Below, in pieces: positions 37,893-49,084 of a DNA stretch of 64,000 nt (position 1 is the stretch's first letter; each line of letters starts with the position of its first letter). Origin of the DNA: Bacteroidales bacterium (GTDB lineage Bacteria > Bacteroidota > Bacteroidia > Bacteroidales > Tenuifilaceae); the NCBI GenBank assembly GCA_037442025.1, contig JBBIRB010000010.1, forward strand, positions 4,002-68,001, written 5' to 3'. Under the pieces are notes generated by a model that saw only the letters and a program-made list of their open reading frames with translations, did no database searches and was not told the origin of the DNA. The translations under genes were made by a program, and so were the position numbers.

Positions 37893-38355
37893 TTTGTTAA
37901 TAACTTTTTTAGAATCCGTTGCAAATGGCAGAATAGCAATAGGTTAGGTGGGCATAAAGGTAGCCCTGTCTCAATGGCCATCGCCCGAGCGGAATGGGTT
38001 GTGAAAAACAAAAGGGAGGATAGGGGGAGGAGGTGCCTTTGGATTCATCGGTTACCAAACGGCTTGCTTGTTGGTAGGAGCATGGGACTATGCTAATTGG
38101 CTAGGATTATTTCAATAGCCCTTTCAAATATTACATATCTAACTATCTATATTAAAAAGGGCTTGGGTTAGCAAAATTGGAAAACCAGTGGTGTACCTTC
38201 CACTAGTATGCCCTACTCAAAAGTTCGCGAATGGCACTCTTAACCTCCGTGGTGCTCTGTGGCTCCTTTGTGATGCTCTGCGTAATAAATGCGTTTACAC
38301 AGAGATAGTTGGAGTAATACATTGTTAAAATGAGAATATATAGCCTCTCAGTTCC

Positions 38356-39525
38356 CTAAAGTGCCTGCCGGAGTATTTTTTCAATTTGGTGGCAAATTCT
38401 TTCGAAAACTTCATTTTCGGATCCCTCGCCCGAAACGGCATGAATAAGGTTGCGCTTTGCATAAAAGTCGCGGGCCAGAACGGTTTTCTGTTCGTACTCC
38501 TCGAGCCGCGAAACAATGGTTTCGGTGTCCTTGTCGTAGTTGCGGCTGCGGTCGGTTTTGCTCCTGTGGGCAAGCCTTTTCATGGCTTCTAAGGGGCTAA
38601 CCTGTATTTCAATGGCCGAGGTAATGGTGCTATTCATTTTTTTAAGCATGCCATCAACAATGTAGGCCTGCACAATGGTTCGGGGGAAGCCCTTAAATAT
38701 AAAGCCCCGGGAGCCCGGACTGGCCTGAATTTTTTCTTCAATAAGCTTAATGGCAATTTCGTCGGGAACAATAATCCCCTTGTCCATGTAGGGTTTGGCA
38801 ATTTGTCCAACCTCTGTATTCCTTTTAATTTCTTGCCGCAACAGGTTACCGGTTGAAATGTAAACCATATTGTACTTCTCGGCAATTTTTTTGGCCTGCG
38901 TACCCTTGCCAGAGCCCGGGTAACCAAAAATTATTATGTTGGCCCAGCGGTTCTCGAGCGATTTCTGCACCGCCTTGTCGAGCCGCGACTGAACCTCATC
39001 AATACTGCCAGTGCCATCAATGGGGAAACAAATGCCCTTGTCCTGATAGTACTTGGCAACAGGTACCGTTTTGGAGTAGTACTCGTTTAACCGAACCTGA
39101 ATAACATCGTCGTTATCGTCCTTGCGGTTGCTAACCTGTGCGCGCGATTTTAGCCTGCGAACCAGCTCATCGTCGGGAACCTCGAGGCTAAGCATGCAGG
39201 TTAACGAGGTGTTCATGTTCATTAATAGCCCATCGAGAATATAGCACTGTACGGTGGTGCGGGGGAACCCGTCGAACAGGAAACCGTTGGTGTCGGTTTT
39301 CTTCTGAATTTTATTTTCGATTATCTGAACCACCAGCTCGTCGGAAACCAAACCGCCCTTTTCAATAATGTTTTTTGCTTTAATTCCTAGCGGCGAACCT
39401 TCGGCAATCTCTTCGCGAAGAATTTCGCCGGTGGATATGTAGGTAAGGTTGTATTTCTTTATCAACCAATCGCTTTGGGTACCTTTCCCTGCACCCGGAG
39501 GACCAAATAGGGCAATGTTGAGCAT
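38356..39525 (-). CDS. adk: Tandem (fused double) adenylate kinase
   Basis: Two complete short-LID AK modules lie in one ORF. Module 1 has FGPPGAGKGTQ, ISTGEILREE, FDGFPRT and RKDDNDDVIQVRLNEY. Module 2 has FGYPGSGKGTQ, ISTGNLLRQE, FKGFPRT and RNYDKDTETIVSRLEEY. I prefer the ATG at 39525 (MLNIALFG). Confidence 0.85.
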   Translation of the reverse strand: MLNIALFGPPGAGKGTQSDWLIKKYNLTYISTGEILREEIAEGSPLGIKAKNIIEKGGLVSDELVVQIIENKIQKKTDTNGFLFDGFPRTTVQCYILDGLLMNMNTSLTCMLSLEVPDDELVRRLKSRAQVSNRKDDNDDVIQVRLNEYYSKTVPVAKYYQDKGICFPIDGTGSIDEVQSRLDKAVQKSLENRWANIIIFGYPGSGKGTQAKKIAEKYNMVYISTGNLLRQEIKRNTEVGQIAKPYMDKGIIVPDEIAIKLIEEKIQASPGSRGFIFKGFPRTIVQAYIVDGMLKKMNSTITSAIEIQVSPLEAMKRLAHRSKTDRSRNYDKDTETIVSRLEEYEQKTVLARDFYAKRNLIHAVSGEGSENEVFERICHQIEKILRQAL

Positions 39526-39794
39526 GAATCGATTTATTTTTTTCACTAAAGTAATAAAAATTATATTCCACATTCATATCCACCCTAAATTTGCTGAATT
39601 ATTAAGACGAGTATTTCATATTTATTTTGCTTGAAATAACATTACTTTTAAGTCCTGTTTTTCAATCGTAAAGCAACCTGTTACCCATATGCTATGGTGT
39701 TGGTTTTGCTAAAATTCATTGGGTACTCTTTCATAAGTCGATAATTTTATGGTAATTAGCTTCTGATTTGAAATTATAAGTTTAATTATTTTGT

Positions 39795-40562
39795 ATGAAA
39801 AAGAAGCAGTGGTACGAACAGATGTTCGAAAATAGCGCCCAGCAGTATGAAAAAGAAATGTTTACGCAGGGTACTCAGGGCGAGTGCAATTTTATTGAGC
39901 AGGAACTGGGTTTTAATAAGTCGCTTCGCATTCTCGATGTGGGCTGTGGTACAGGACGCCACGCCATTGAGTTGACCAAGCGAGGCTACAACGTTACTGG
40001 GGCCGATTTGTCCGAAGCCCAATTGGCGCTTGCGCGCCAAAGGGCAGCAGCGCAAAATGTTTTGGTGCCTTTTGTACAGGCCGATGCCCGCAGCTTGCCC
40101 TTTAGCAACGAGTTCGACGTGGCCATTATGATTTGCGAAGGGGGCTTTCCGCTCATGGAAACCGACGAAATGAATTTTCAAATTCTCAGAAGCGTTGCAG
40201 GCTCGTTGCGACCGCAAGGGAAATTAATATTTACCACCCTCAACGGGCTTTTCCCCATTTTCAACTCTATAAACGAGTTCCACTCGCAAACCCATCAGGA
40301 GGGAAATGCTGCATACCATAGCACATCGTTCGACCTAATGACCTTTCGCGACCATAACATAACCACTTTTACCGACGATAATGGAATTGAGAGCCAAGTG
40401 GAATGCAACGAGCGATATTACATCCCTTCAGAAATTACTTGGTTACTCAAGAGTTTGGGCTTCCAAACCATCGATATTTATGGGGCTACACTGGGCGCTT
40501 TTAGCCGTAACGACAAATTAACGACAAGCGATTTTGAAATGCTGGTAATTGCTCATCTCTAA
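39795..40562 (+). CDS. Class I SAM-dependent methyltransferase
   Basis: 255-aa ORF with motif I ILDVGCGTGRHAIEL and a post-I acidic residue (VTGADLS). Confidence 0.8.
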   Translation: MKKKQWYEQMFENSAQQYEKEMFTQGTQGECNFIEQELGFNKSLRILDVGCGTGRHAIELTKRGYNVTGADLSEAQLALARQRAAAQNVLVPFVQADARSLPFSNEFDVAIMICEGGFPLMETDEMNFQILRSVAGSLRPQGKLIFTTLNGLFPIFNSINEFHSQTHQEGNAAYHSTSFDLMTFRDHNITTFTDDNGIESQVECNERYYIPSEITWLLKSLGFQTIDIYGATLGAFSRNDKLTTSDFEMLVIAHL

Positions 40563-40646
40563 ATTCATTCATTTTTGTTAAGCCAAACTAAACCTTTAAC
40601 GCTCGTTTCAATCAAAAAATGCAAACTAACATAATCTGTTTTGTGT

Positions 40647-42755
40647 ATGAAAAAACTATTAGTTGTATTTATTCCTTTGGCCATGCTAACCATTGGTTGT
40701 AGCCAGAAACCCGAACATGAAAATCCATTTTTTAATGAATGGAAAACACCCTTTGGGGTTCCGCCCTTCGATAAAATTCTGAATGCACACTACCTCCCTG
40801 CATACGAGGAGGCTGTGGTGCAGCACAAGGCCGAAATTGAAGCAATTATTGCCAACACCGACGAGCCTACCTTTAAAAATACAATTATTGCTTACGATGC
40901 TTCGGGTGAAATGCTGAAAAAAGTGAGCGCAGTTTTTGGTGGGCTTCGTGGAGCCAATACCAACGACGAAATGCAGGCAATAGCTAAGGAGGTTACACCA
41001 AAAATTACTGCTCACTACAACGAAATAACTCTTAACCAGGACCTATTTGGACGCATAAAGAAGGTTTACGACAACCGCGCCAATCTAAAACTCGACGTGG
41101 AGCAAATGCGTTTGGTTGAAAAAATGTACAGAGACTTTGAACGCAATGGTGCTGCACTTCCCGAGGATAAACGCATTGAGTTGAAGGCCCTCAATGAGCG
41201 CATGGCCATGATTTCGCTTACGCTCAACCAAAACCTTCTTAAAGAAAATAACGGATTCAAACTGGTTGTTGATAAAAAGGAGGACCTTGTTGGGCTTCCC
41301 GAGAACTTAGTTAGTACCGCAGCCGAACTGGCCAAAAAGGCGGGAATGGAAGGTAAGTGGGTTTTCGATTTGTCGAAACCCAGCTGGATTCCTTTCCTTC
41401 AGTCGTCTCCCCGTCGCGACCTGCGCGAAAAACTTTACAGGGGCTACTTTATGCGTGGCGACAATAATAACGAGTTCGATAACAAAAAACTTTTTGCCGA
41501 GCTGCTTACTCTGCGTCAGCAAATGGCTAAAATGCTCGGTTACGAAACCTATGCGCACTACTTCACCGACGACCAAATGGCCAAAACGCCTGAAAACGTG
41601 TACGACTTTTTAACAAAAGTATGGACTCCCGCTCTTGAACGTGCAAAAACGGAACGTGCCGATATGCAAGCCATTATCGACCGCGAAGGGGGTAAGTTCA
41701 AACTCGAATCGTGGGACTGGTGGTACTATGCCGAAAAGGTTCGTAAAGAGAAATACGACCTCGACGAGGAGCAAATAAAACCCTACTTAACGCTCGATAA
41801 CGTAAAGAACGGTTGCTTCTATTTGGCTAACAAATTGTACGGCCTCACATTTAAGAAACGCCCCGAAATACCCGTTTACCACCCCGAAGTGGAAGCTTAC
41901 GAGGTAATCGATAATGACGGAAAGCATCTTTCAATACTCTATATCGACCCACATCCACGCCCCGGAGCTAAAGGAGGTGGAGCATGGTGCGGTACGTATC
42001 GTTCGGGTTCGTGGGAAAAAGGAAAACGCGTAAGTCCTGTTGTTACTATTGTTATGAACTTTACCCGTCCTGCTGGCGATAAGCCCGCAATGCTTACCTG
42101 GGACGAAACGGAAACCTATTTCCACGAGTTTGGCCATGCGCTTCATAACTTCTTTGCCAACGGCAGGTATAATCGTACCGCTCGCAGCGTTCCCCGCGAT
42201 TTTGTAGAGCTTCCCTCGCAGGTTTGCGAAAGTTGGGCTGGCGAACCCGAAGTGCTAAAAGTGTATGCCAAGCATTACGAAACCGGTGAGCCGATGCCCG
42301 ACGAGCTGATTGCCAAACTTCAAAATGCTTCGCATTTCAATCAGGGCTTTGCCACTGTTGAGTACACTGCTGCAGCTATATTGGATATGGATTGGCATAC
42401 CAATAAAAGTGTAACCAACGATATTGACGTGAACGCTTTTGAAAAAGCCTCGTTGGACCGCATTGGCTTAATAAACGAAATTATTCCCCGTTACCGCACT
42501 TCAAACTTCGGTCATATATTCGGTAGCGGTTACGCCTCGGGTTACTACGTTTACATGTGGGCTGGCGTTCTCGATGCCGATGCATACCAGGCGTTTGTTG
42601 AGAGCGGCGATTTGTTTAACCAGGATTTGGCTGCCAAATTCCGTAAGCACATCATGGCCGAAAACTCAATGGGCGAAGGAATGGAGCAATACCTAAAGTT
42701 CCGTGGTCAAGAGCCTTCTATCGATGCTTTGCTAAAGCAAAGAGGACTGAAATAG
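40647..42755 (+). CDS. dcp: M3-family peptidyl-dipeptidase (Dcp-like) lipoprotein
   Basis: Zinc motif HEFGHALH with the downstream E (FVELPSQ). The lipoprotein signal is MKKLLVVFIPLAMLTIGC. I prefer the ATG at 40647 over the TTG at 40641. Confidence 0.9.
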   Translation: MKKLLVVFIPLAMLTIGCSQKPEHENPFFNEWKTPFGVPPFDKILNAHYLPAYEEAVVQHKAEIEAIIANTDEPTFKNTIIAYDASGEMLKKVSAVFGGLRGANTNDEMQAIAKEVTPKITAHYNEITLNQDLFGRIKKVYDNRANLKLDVEQMRLVEKMYRDFERNGAALPEDKRIELKALNERMAMISLTLNQNLLKENNGFKLVVDKKEDLVGLPENLVSTAAELAKKAGMEGKWVFDLSKPSWIPFLQSSPRRDLREKLYRGYFMRGDNNNEFDNKKLFAELLTLRQQMAKMLGYETYAHYFTDDQMAKTPENVYDFLTKVWTPALERAKTERADMQAIIDREGGKFKLESWDWWYYAEKVRKEKYDLDEEQIKPYLTLDNVKNGCFYLANKLYGLTFKKRPEIPVYHPEVEAYEVIDNDGKHLSILYIDPHPRPGAKGGGAWCGTYRSGSWEKGKRVSPVVTIVMNFTRPAGDKPAMLTWDETETYFHEFGHALHNFFANGRYNRTARSVPRDFVELPSQVCESWAGEPEVLKVYAKHYETGEPMPDELIAKLQNASHFNQGFATVEYTAAAILDMDWHTNKSVTNDIDVNAFEKASLDRIGLINEIIPRYRTSNFGHIFGSGYASGYYVYMWAGVLDADAYQAFVESGDLFNQDLAAKFRKHIMAENSMGEGMEQYLKFRGQEPSIDALLKQRGLK

Positions 42756-42764
42756 TATTGATAT

Positions 42765-42800
42765 ATATTTTAAAAGAAACCGTCCCAATTTCTCGGGACG
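42765..42800. terminator. Bidirectional terminator between dcp and katG
   Basis: agaaaccgtccc-aatttctc-gggacggtttct followed by tttt. An A-rich run precedes the stem. Confidence 0.7.
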
Positions 42801-42842
42801 GTTTCTTTTTATAATATGCTACTAGTTCGATGCCGTTGAATA

Positions 42843-45058
<2,216 letters not shown>

Positions 45059-45067
45059 TTATTAGTG

Positions 45068-45490
45068 TTAGTTTGTGTCAGTAAATTTTCCAATTACCTG
45101 TAGCCTAATGTCTTCAATATGAAAATTAGGAATACCCTTGTTTTTAAAAAACTCTGAGAGCAAATGGTTCAGCTCTTCATCGTTATAATTCTCAATGCGA
45201 TCCGATTTTGAGCAATATAGGTGATGATGGTTTTCGAGAATTGCATCGTACCGCATAATATCCTTTTCGGTTTTTACCCTTTTTATCAAACCGCTTTCGG
45301 TTAAGGCATCTAAAACTTTGTAAACGGTAGCAGTAGAAATGTTTGGATGGCTCTTTCTGATGAAATCAATAATGTTATCAGCGCTCGGATGATTATTAAG
45401 CTTAAGTATTGCTTCAAAAATGGCTATCCGCTGGGGTGTAACTTTTAGTCCCTTCTCTTCAATTTTTCGACTTATATCTTCAACGCTCAT
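45068..45490 (-). CDS. Fur-family transcriptional regulator (PerR-like by context)
   Basis: The 140-aa ORF has LKVTPQRIAIFEAIL...HPSADNI...ISTATVYKVLDALTESGLI and an HHHLYC motif. It ends 18 nt upstream of katG. It lacks the two CxxC structural-zinc motifs. Confidence 0.85.
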   Translation of the reverse strand: MSVEDISRKIEEKGLKVTPQRIAIFEAILKLNNHPSADNIIDFIRKSHPNISTATVYKVLDALTESGLIKRVKTEKDIMRYDAILENHHHLYCSKSDRIENYNDEELNHLLSEFFKNKGIPNFHIEDIRLQVIGKFTDTN

Positions 45491-45506
45491 AAAATAATTA
45501 TCAAAA

Positions 45507-45519
45507 GAGAATAATTCTC
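45507..45519. promoter_or_regulatory. Fur/PerR-box-like palindrome upstream of the Fur-family gene
   Basis: GAGAAT-A-ATTCTC is a perfect 6-1-6 inverted repeat. It lies 17 nt upstream of the regulator start codon. Confidence 0.45.
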
Positions 45520-45643
45520 GTTAGAAAACAAATATAATCTATTTGTAACACAAAGTCAATAGGGTGGACTTTTTATAATCAATGTTTTCAATGGTTTCTC
45601 ATTAATTCCCTTTCAAAATTAGAGTCGTAGTCACTAAAAAATA

Positions 45644-45660
45644 TTTAGAACAATTCTAAA
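45644..45660. promoter_or_regulatory. Second related palindrome upstream of the DUF417-like gene
   Basis: TTTAGAA-CAA-TTCTAAA is a 7-3-7 inverted repeat. It shares the core AGAAnAATTCT with the 45507 site and lies 46-62 nt upstream of the ATG at 45706. Confidence 0.4.
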
Positions 45661-45705
45661 CAAATCTTTCAAGGGTGTGTTATTTATGTAACACAAGAGA
45701 AGGTT

Positions 45706-46173
45706 ATGGATAACATCAATAATATTCAACAATCGGTTGAGCGGAGCGCTCAACAGTGGATGCAGCGCAATGGGGTTAACTTGCTGCGCATAAGTATAGG
45801 GGTTGTCTTTTTTTGGTTTGGCATGCTCAAGTTTTTTCCCGGTGTAAGCCCTGCGCAGGATTTGGCTGCCCGAACCATTACCCAATTAACCTTTGGGTTG
45901 CTTACTCCATCCGTTGCAGTAACTATACTGGCTCTTTGGGAATGCCTTATAGGAATAGGTTTTATTTTGGGAAAATTCCAAAAGGCAACCCTTTTACTTC
46001 TGTTTTTACAAATGATAGGTACCTTCACTCCCGTGTTTCTTTTCCCAAACGAAGTTTTTACTGCCATCCCTTTTGCTCCAACACTTGAGGGACAATATAT
46101 TATTAAAAACATTGTAATTGTGAGTGCGGGGTTTGTATTGGGTGCCACAGTTTTTGGGAAAAAGCACCGATGA
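45706..46173 (+). CDS. DUF417 (YkgB/RclC-like) or DoxX-like membrane protein
   Basis: 155-aa ORF with 4 predicted TM segments. NLLRISIGVVFFWFGMLKFFP resembles the LIRLSIAIVFMWIGLLKFVP motif as I recall it from E. coli YkgB/RclC. Confidence 0.5.
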   Translation: MDNINNIQQSVERSAQQWMQRNGVNLLRISIGVVFFWFGMLKFFPGVSPAQDLAARTITQLTFGLLTPSVAVTILALWECLIGIGFILGKFQKATLLLLFLQMIGTFTPVFLFPNEVFTAIPFAPTLEGQYIIKNIVIVSAGFVLGATVFGKKHR

Positions 46174-46234
46174 ATTGGAGTAGGGTATATTTAACTTCCA
46201 GTTTCATTATCTTTGCGGTTGTAATAAAAATGAA

Positions 46235-47407
46235 ATGCAAAGAGTAGTTGTTGGACTTTCCGGTGGAGTTGATTCGAGCGTTGCGGCTTATTTGCTAAAG
46301 CAGCAAGGTTTCGAAGTGGTTGCTTTGTTTATGAAGAACTGGCACGATAAAACAGGTCTGCTAAAGGCCGAATGCCCGTTTGATGAGGATGTAGACTTTG
46401 CGAAAATGGTTGCCCGAAAACTGGAAATGCCATTTCATATCGTCGATTTGAGCGAGCAGTATCGCAAGCGTGTAGTCGATTATATGTTTAGTGAGTATCA
46501 GCAGGGTCGAACTCCAAATCCCGATGTGCTATGCAATCGCGAAATAAAATTCGACGAATTTTTAAAAGCCGCCCTGGCTTTAGGTGCCGACTTTGTTGCA
46601 ACTGGCCACTATTGCCGAAAAGAAGTTATTAATGTAAATGGCGATGAAACGTATAGGTTGCTTGCCGGTGTCGACCCTAATAAGGATCAAAGCTACTTTT
46701 TATGCCAGTTAAGCCAGCAACAGCTTGCAAAAGCCCTTTTTCCTGTTGGAGGCCTCTTAAAACCCGAGGTGCGCGAAATTGCCTCTTTACTTGGCTTGGC
46801 TACCGCCGAGCGGAAGGATTCACAAGGAATTTGCTTTGTCGGTAAAGTTGATTTACCTGTGTTTCTTCAACAAAAATTGGCTGCGAAAAAGGGGAGCATA
46901 ATTGAAATTCCAACTTCACGCTATAGTACGTTGAACGCGCCTGCCGAGGGAGACTTTAAAGCCCTTTCAGCTCCTGTTAAATACAAACCCACCGATGGTA
47001 AGATTGTTGGCACTCATAACGGAGCCCATTTCTTTACCATTGGACAGCGAAAGGGTTTAAATGTGGGTGGCACGCCCGAACCCCTGTTTGTAATCGATAC
47101 CGATGTGGAGAGTAATGTTGTTTACGTAGGCCAAGGACAGGAACATCCTGGTTTGTTTCGTAAGGGGTTGTTAGTACCAACTGATCAAATTCATTGGGTT
47201 CGCCCCGATTTACAGCTCGAAAATGGCCAAACCATCGAACTGCTTGTTCGAATTCGTTACCGTCAGCCCTTGCAAGCGGCAACATTGATTATGAAAACCG
47301 AAGGGCTTTATATTCTTTTTGCTGAACCTCAGAGGGGAATCACTCCCGGCCAGTTTGCCGCATGGTATGCCAACGACGAACTGATTGGGTCGGGTGTAAT
47401 TTTGTAG
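46235..47407 (+). CDS. mnmA: tRNA 2-thiouridine(34) synthase
   Basis: PP-loop [35 protein letters not shown] and KDQSYFL. Confidence 0.95.
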   Translation: MQRVVVGLSGGVDSSVAAYLLKQQGFEVVALFMKNWHDKTGLLKAECPFDEDVDFAKMVARKLEMPFHIVDLSEQYRKRVVDYMFSEYQQGRTPNPDVLCNREIKFDEFLKAALALGADFVATGHYCRKEVINVNGDETYRLLAGVDPNKDQSYFLCQLSQQQLAKALFPVGGLLKPEVREIASLLGLATAERKDSQGICFVGKVDLPVFLQQKLAAKKGSIIEIPTSRYSTLNAPAEGDFKALSAPVKYKPTDGKIVGTHNGAHFFTIGQRKGLNVGGTPEPLFVIDTDVESNVVYVGQGQEHPGLFRKGLLVPTDQIHWVRPDLQLENGQTIELLVRIRYRQPLQAATLIMKTEGLYILFAEPQRGITPGQFAAWYANDELIGSGVIL

Positions 47408-47631
47408 GGTTTAATGTTATTCATTATCTGCTGAAAACAAGTATATTTTTTCGAGTATTTGTAATTAATATTCATTAGTGTCCGATTAAATTTTTTGAAT
47501 TTACATGAATACGTTTGTATATAAGGAAATCGGTAGTTTTCTGCTTATTGGGGGGTCGCTTTCCGCCTCAGAGAAACGTTAGTTCTTTGATTCCATAAGA
47601 AATTATAATGATATCAAAAATTTCCGTTAAG

Positions 47632-47714
47632 AAAATCAGATTAATGGACGTTAAGAAATCCGGGCTGTTTGAGCGAAGCGAGTTCCCGGATTTTAGTCAA
47701 TTAATCTGATTTTT
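47632..47714. repeat. Composite nested hairpin (14-bp outer stem plus 9-10-bp inner stem)
   Basis: The outer arms are aaaatcagattaat (47632-47645) and attaatctgatttt (47700-47713), which are exact complements. The inner arms are gaaatccggg (47655-47664) and cccggatttt (47685-47694). The loop is 20 nt, ctgtttgagcgaagcgagtt. Confidence 0.6.
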
Positions 47715-47744
47715 AGGAAATTATCTGCCGCGGCGGCATTTTTT

Positions 47745-47776
47745 CTTACTTTTTTTTGCTGTAGAAAAAAAGTAAG
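47745..47776. repeat. AT-rich 12-bp hairpin
   Basis: cttacttttttt (47745-47756), an 8-nt loop, then aaaaaaagtaag (47765-47776). The arms are exact complements. Confidence 0.55.
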
Positions 47777-47944
47777 AGCCCGTGCGGCTTGAGCGCTAAA
47801 ACCAGCAATGATTTTTTATCGGACAATAGTGATTAATATTAAAAGTTTGAAAAGCCATAGAAAGAAATCCTGCAGTTAAAAAATCTTCTTTATAAATACC
47901 AGCGAATCCTTCAGAAGTTTATTATCGTTCTGCTTCTGCTTGTT

Positions 47945-48337
47945 ATGTCGTTAATTCTGCTTGTTGCAACGTTCGATTTGGCGCTATATATCATTAAGAA
48001 CATGTTTCAGCAGGATTTCATGCTGTTTTCAGTGGATGCCCTTGGTGAACTGTTCGGAATATTTCTAGTTATTCTTATTGGAGTTGAATTGCTTCAGGCG
48101 GTTAAGGCGTTTCTCGAGGAGGAAATAGTTCCTGTTGAAATTGTAGTTTTGGTTGCCATTATTGCAATTGCACGCAAGGTAATTGTGTGGGAATTCAAGG
48201 AACTTTCGGCCATGGAAACTTTTGCCCTATCGGGCATGATGCTGGTTTTAGCAATTACATACTTCCTTATTAAGCACACCGACCATAAGTGCCGAATTAG
48301 TTTAAAGAGCGAAAAGAAGGAATTAGAGCAGAAGTAG
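47945..48337 (+). CDS. PsiE-family (phosphate-starvation-inducible E-like) membrane protein
   Basis: 130-aa ORF with 4 TM segments. The pattern LGELFGIFLVILIGVELLQAVKAFL...VEIVVLVAIIAIARKVIV is typical of the PsiE family. The frame stays open 84 nt upstream without a canonical start codon. Confidence 0.6.
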   Translation: MSLILLVATFDLALYIIKNMFQQDFMLFSVDALGELFGIFLVILIGVELLQAVKAFLEEEIVPVEIVVLVAIIAIARKVIVWEFKELSAMETFALSGMMLVLAITYFLIKHTDHKCRISLKSEKKELEQK

Positions 48338-48345
48338 TAAACTGT

Positions 48346-49074
48346 TTAAACCCTTTGGCTGTTGGCAAATTCTATTGCCTTCTCGAAATTTTTTGGTTTA
48401 CCAACGTCAATCACAAAGTTGTTGGTAGTATCGTACCCGTAAATTAGGTTTTTGCTGCAAAGGCTAAGGTAGGCGTCTACTATTGAAAAGGGGCCGCTAG
48501 CGTGTATGTATTCAAAAATTTGGGGCGAAATTACATGGATACCAGCAAAGGCAAACGCTTTTAGTTCGCCTCGGTCCTTTGTGGGAATTATTTCCTTGCC
48601 CGTAAGGTTGTTTCGCCATCCAGAGAGCATCATGCGCCCATCGAACAGAAAGTGCCTCGAAGAGTCTCTTTGGCCAACGGCCAATGTGGCTAGTGCCATT
48701 TTTTGCGAATGGGCATTAATCAGTTCGCGCAAATCGATATCCGACAGAATGTCGACATTATGAACCAGGAATGGTTCCTCACCATCGAGAAACGACTTTG
48801 CTTTTAAAAGGCCTCCGCCAGTGTCGAGCAGCCGGTTGCGTTCGTCCGATATTGTAATACGGCAGTTGAAAGTATTGCGGTTCAAATACTCCTCCACCAT
48901 GTCGGCAAAATGGTGAACATTAATGATAATATCGGTAATCCCCGATGTCGATAATTTTTCGATCACATGAGCAATGAGCGGTTTGCCTGCAACCTCAACA
49001 AGCGCCTTAGGCCTATCGATGGTATAAGGCTGAAGTCGGGTACCCAAACCTGCTGCCAAAATCATTGCCTTCAT
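48346..49074 (-). CDS. MurU-like sugar-1-phosphate nucleotidylyltransferase
   Basis: The 242-aa ORF begins MKAMILAAGLGTRLQPYTIDRPKALVEVAGKPLI, an NTP-transferase fold. Its size and its neighbour, an AmgK-like kinase, fit MurNAc-1-P uridylyltransferase. Confidence 0.7.
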   Translation of the reverse strand: MKAMILAAGLGTRLQPYTIDRPKALVEVAGKPLIAHVIEKLSTSGITDIIINVHHFADMVEEYLNRNTFNCRITISDERNRLLDTGGGLLKAKSFLDGEEPFLVHNVDILSDIDLRELINAHSQKMALATLAVGQRDSSRHFLFDGRMMLSGWRNNLTGKEIIPTKDRGELKAFAFAGIHVISPQIFEYIHASGPFSIVDAYLSLCSKNLIYGYDTTNNFVIDVGKPKNFEKAIEFANSQRV

Positions 49075-49084
49075 GGGAATATGT

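Noticed and set aside
37896-38355. Tested by eye as RNase P RNA, tmRNA, SRP (4.5S) RNA, a tRNA or a known riboswitch
   Set aside because: None of the conserved cores is present: GAGGAAAGUCCGGGC, a tmRNA tRNA-like 3' end, the SRP GGAA/AGCA domain IV motif, or a tRNA cloverleaf with GTTCRANNC. The region is kept only as an unexplained non-coding region.
38325-38573. 82-aa minus-strand ORF overlapping the 3' end of the tandem adk gene
   Set aside because: It is out of frame within a gene that has clear AK motifs, and its translation is Pro/Arg/Thr-rich with no domain.
47462-47845. Possible terminal inverted repeats (taattaatattcattagtgtccgat and atcggacaatagtgattaatatt) that would delimit a ~380-bp MITE-like element
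   Set aside because: Only the terminal 8 bp (TGTCCGAT/ATCGGACA) match perfectly, and the rest is about 60-70 percent matched in AT-rich sequence. No target-site duplication is evident. A single copy is not enough evidence to call a mobile element.
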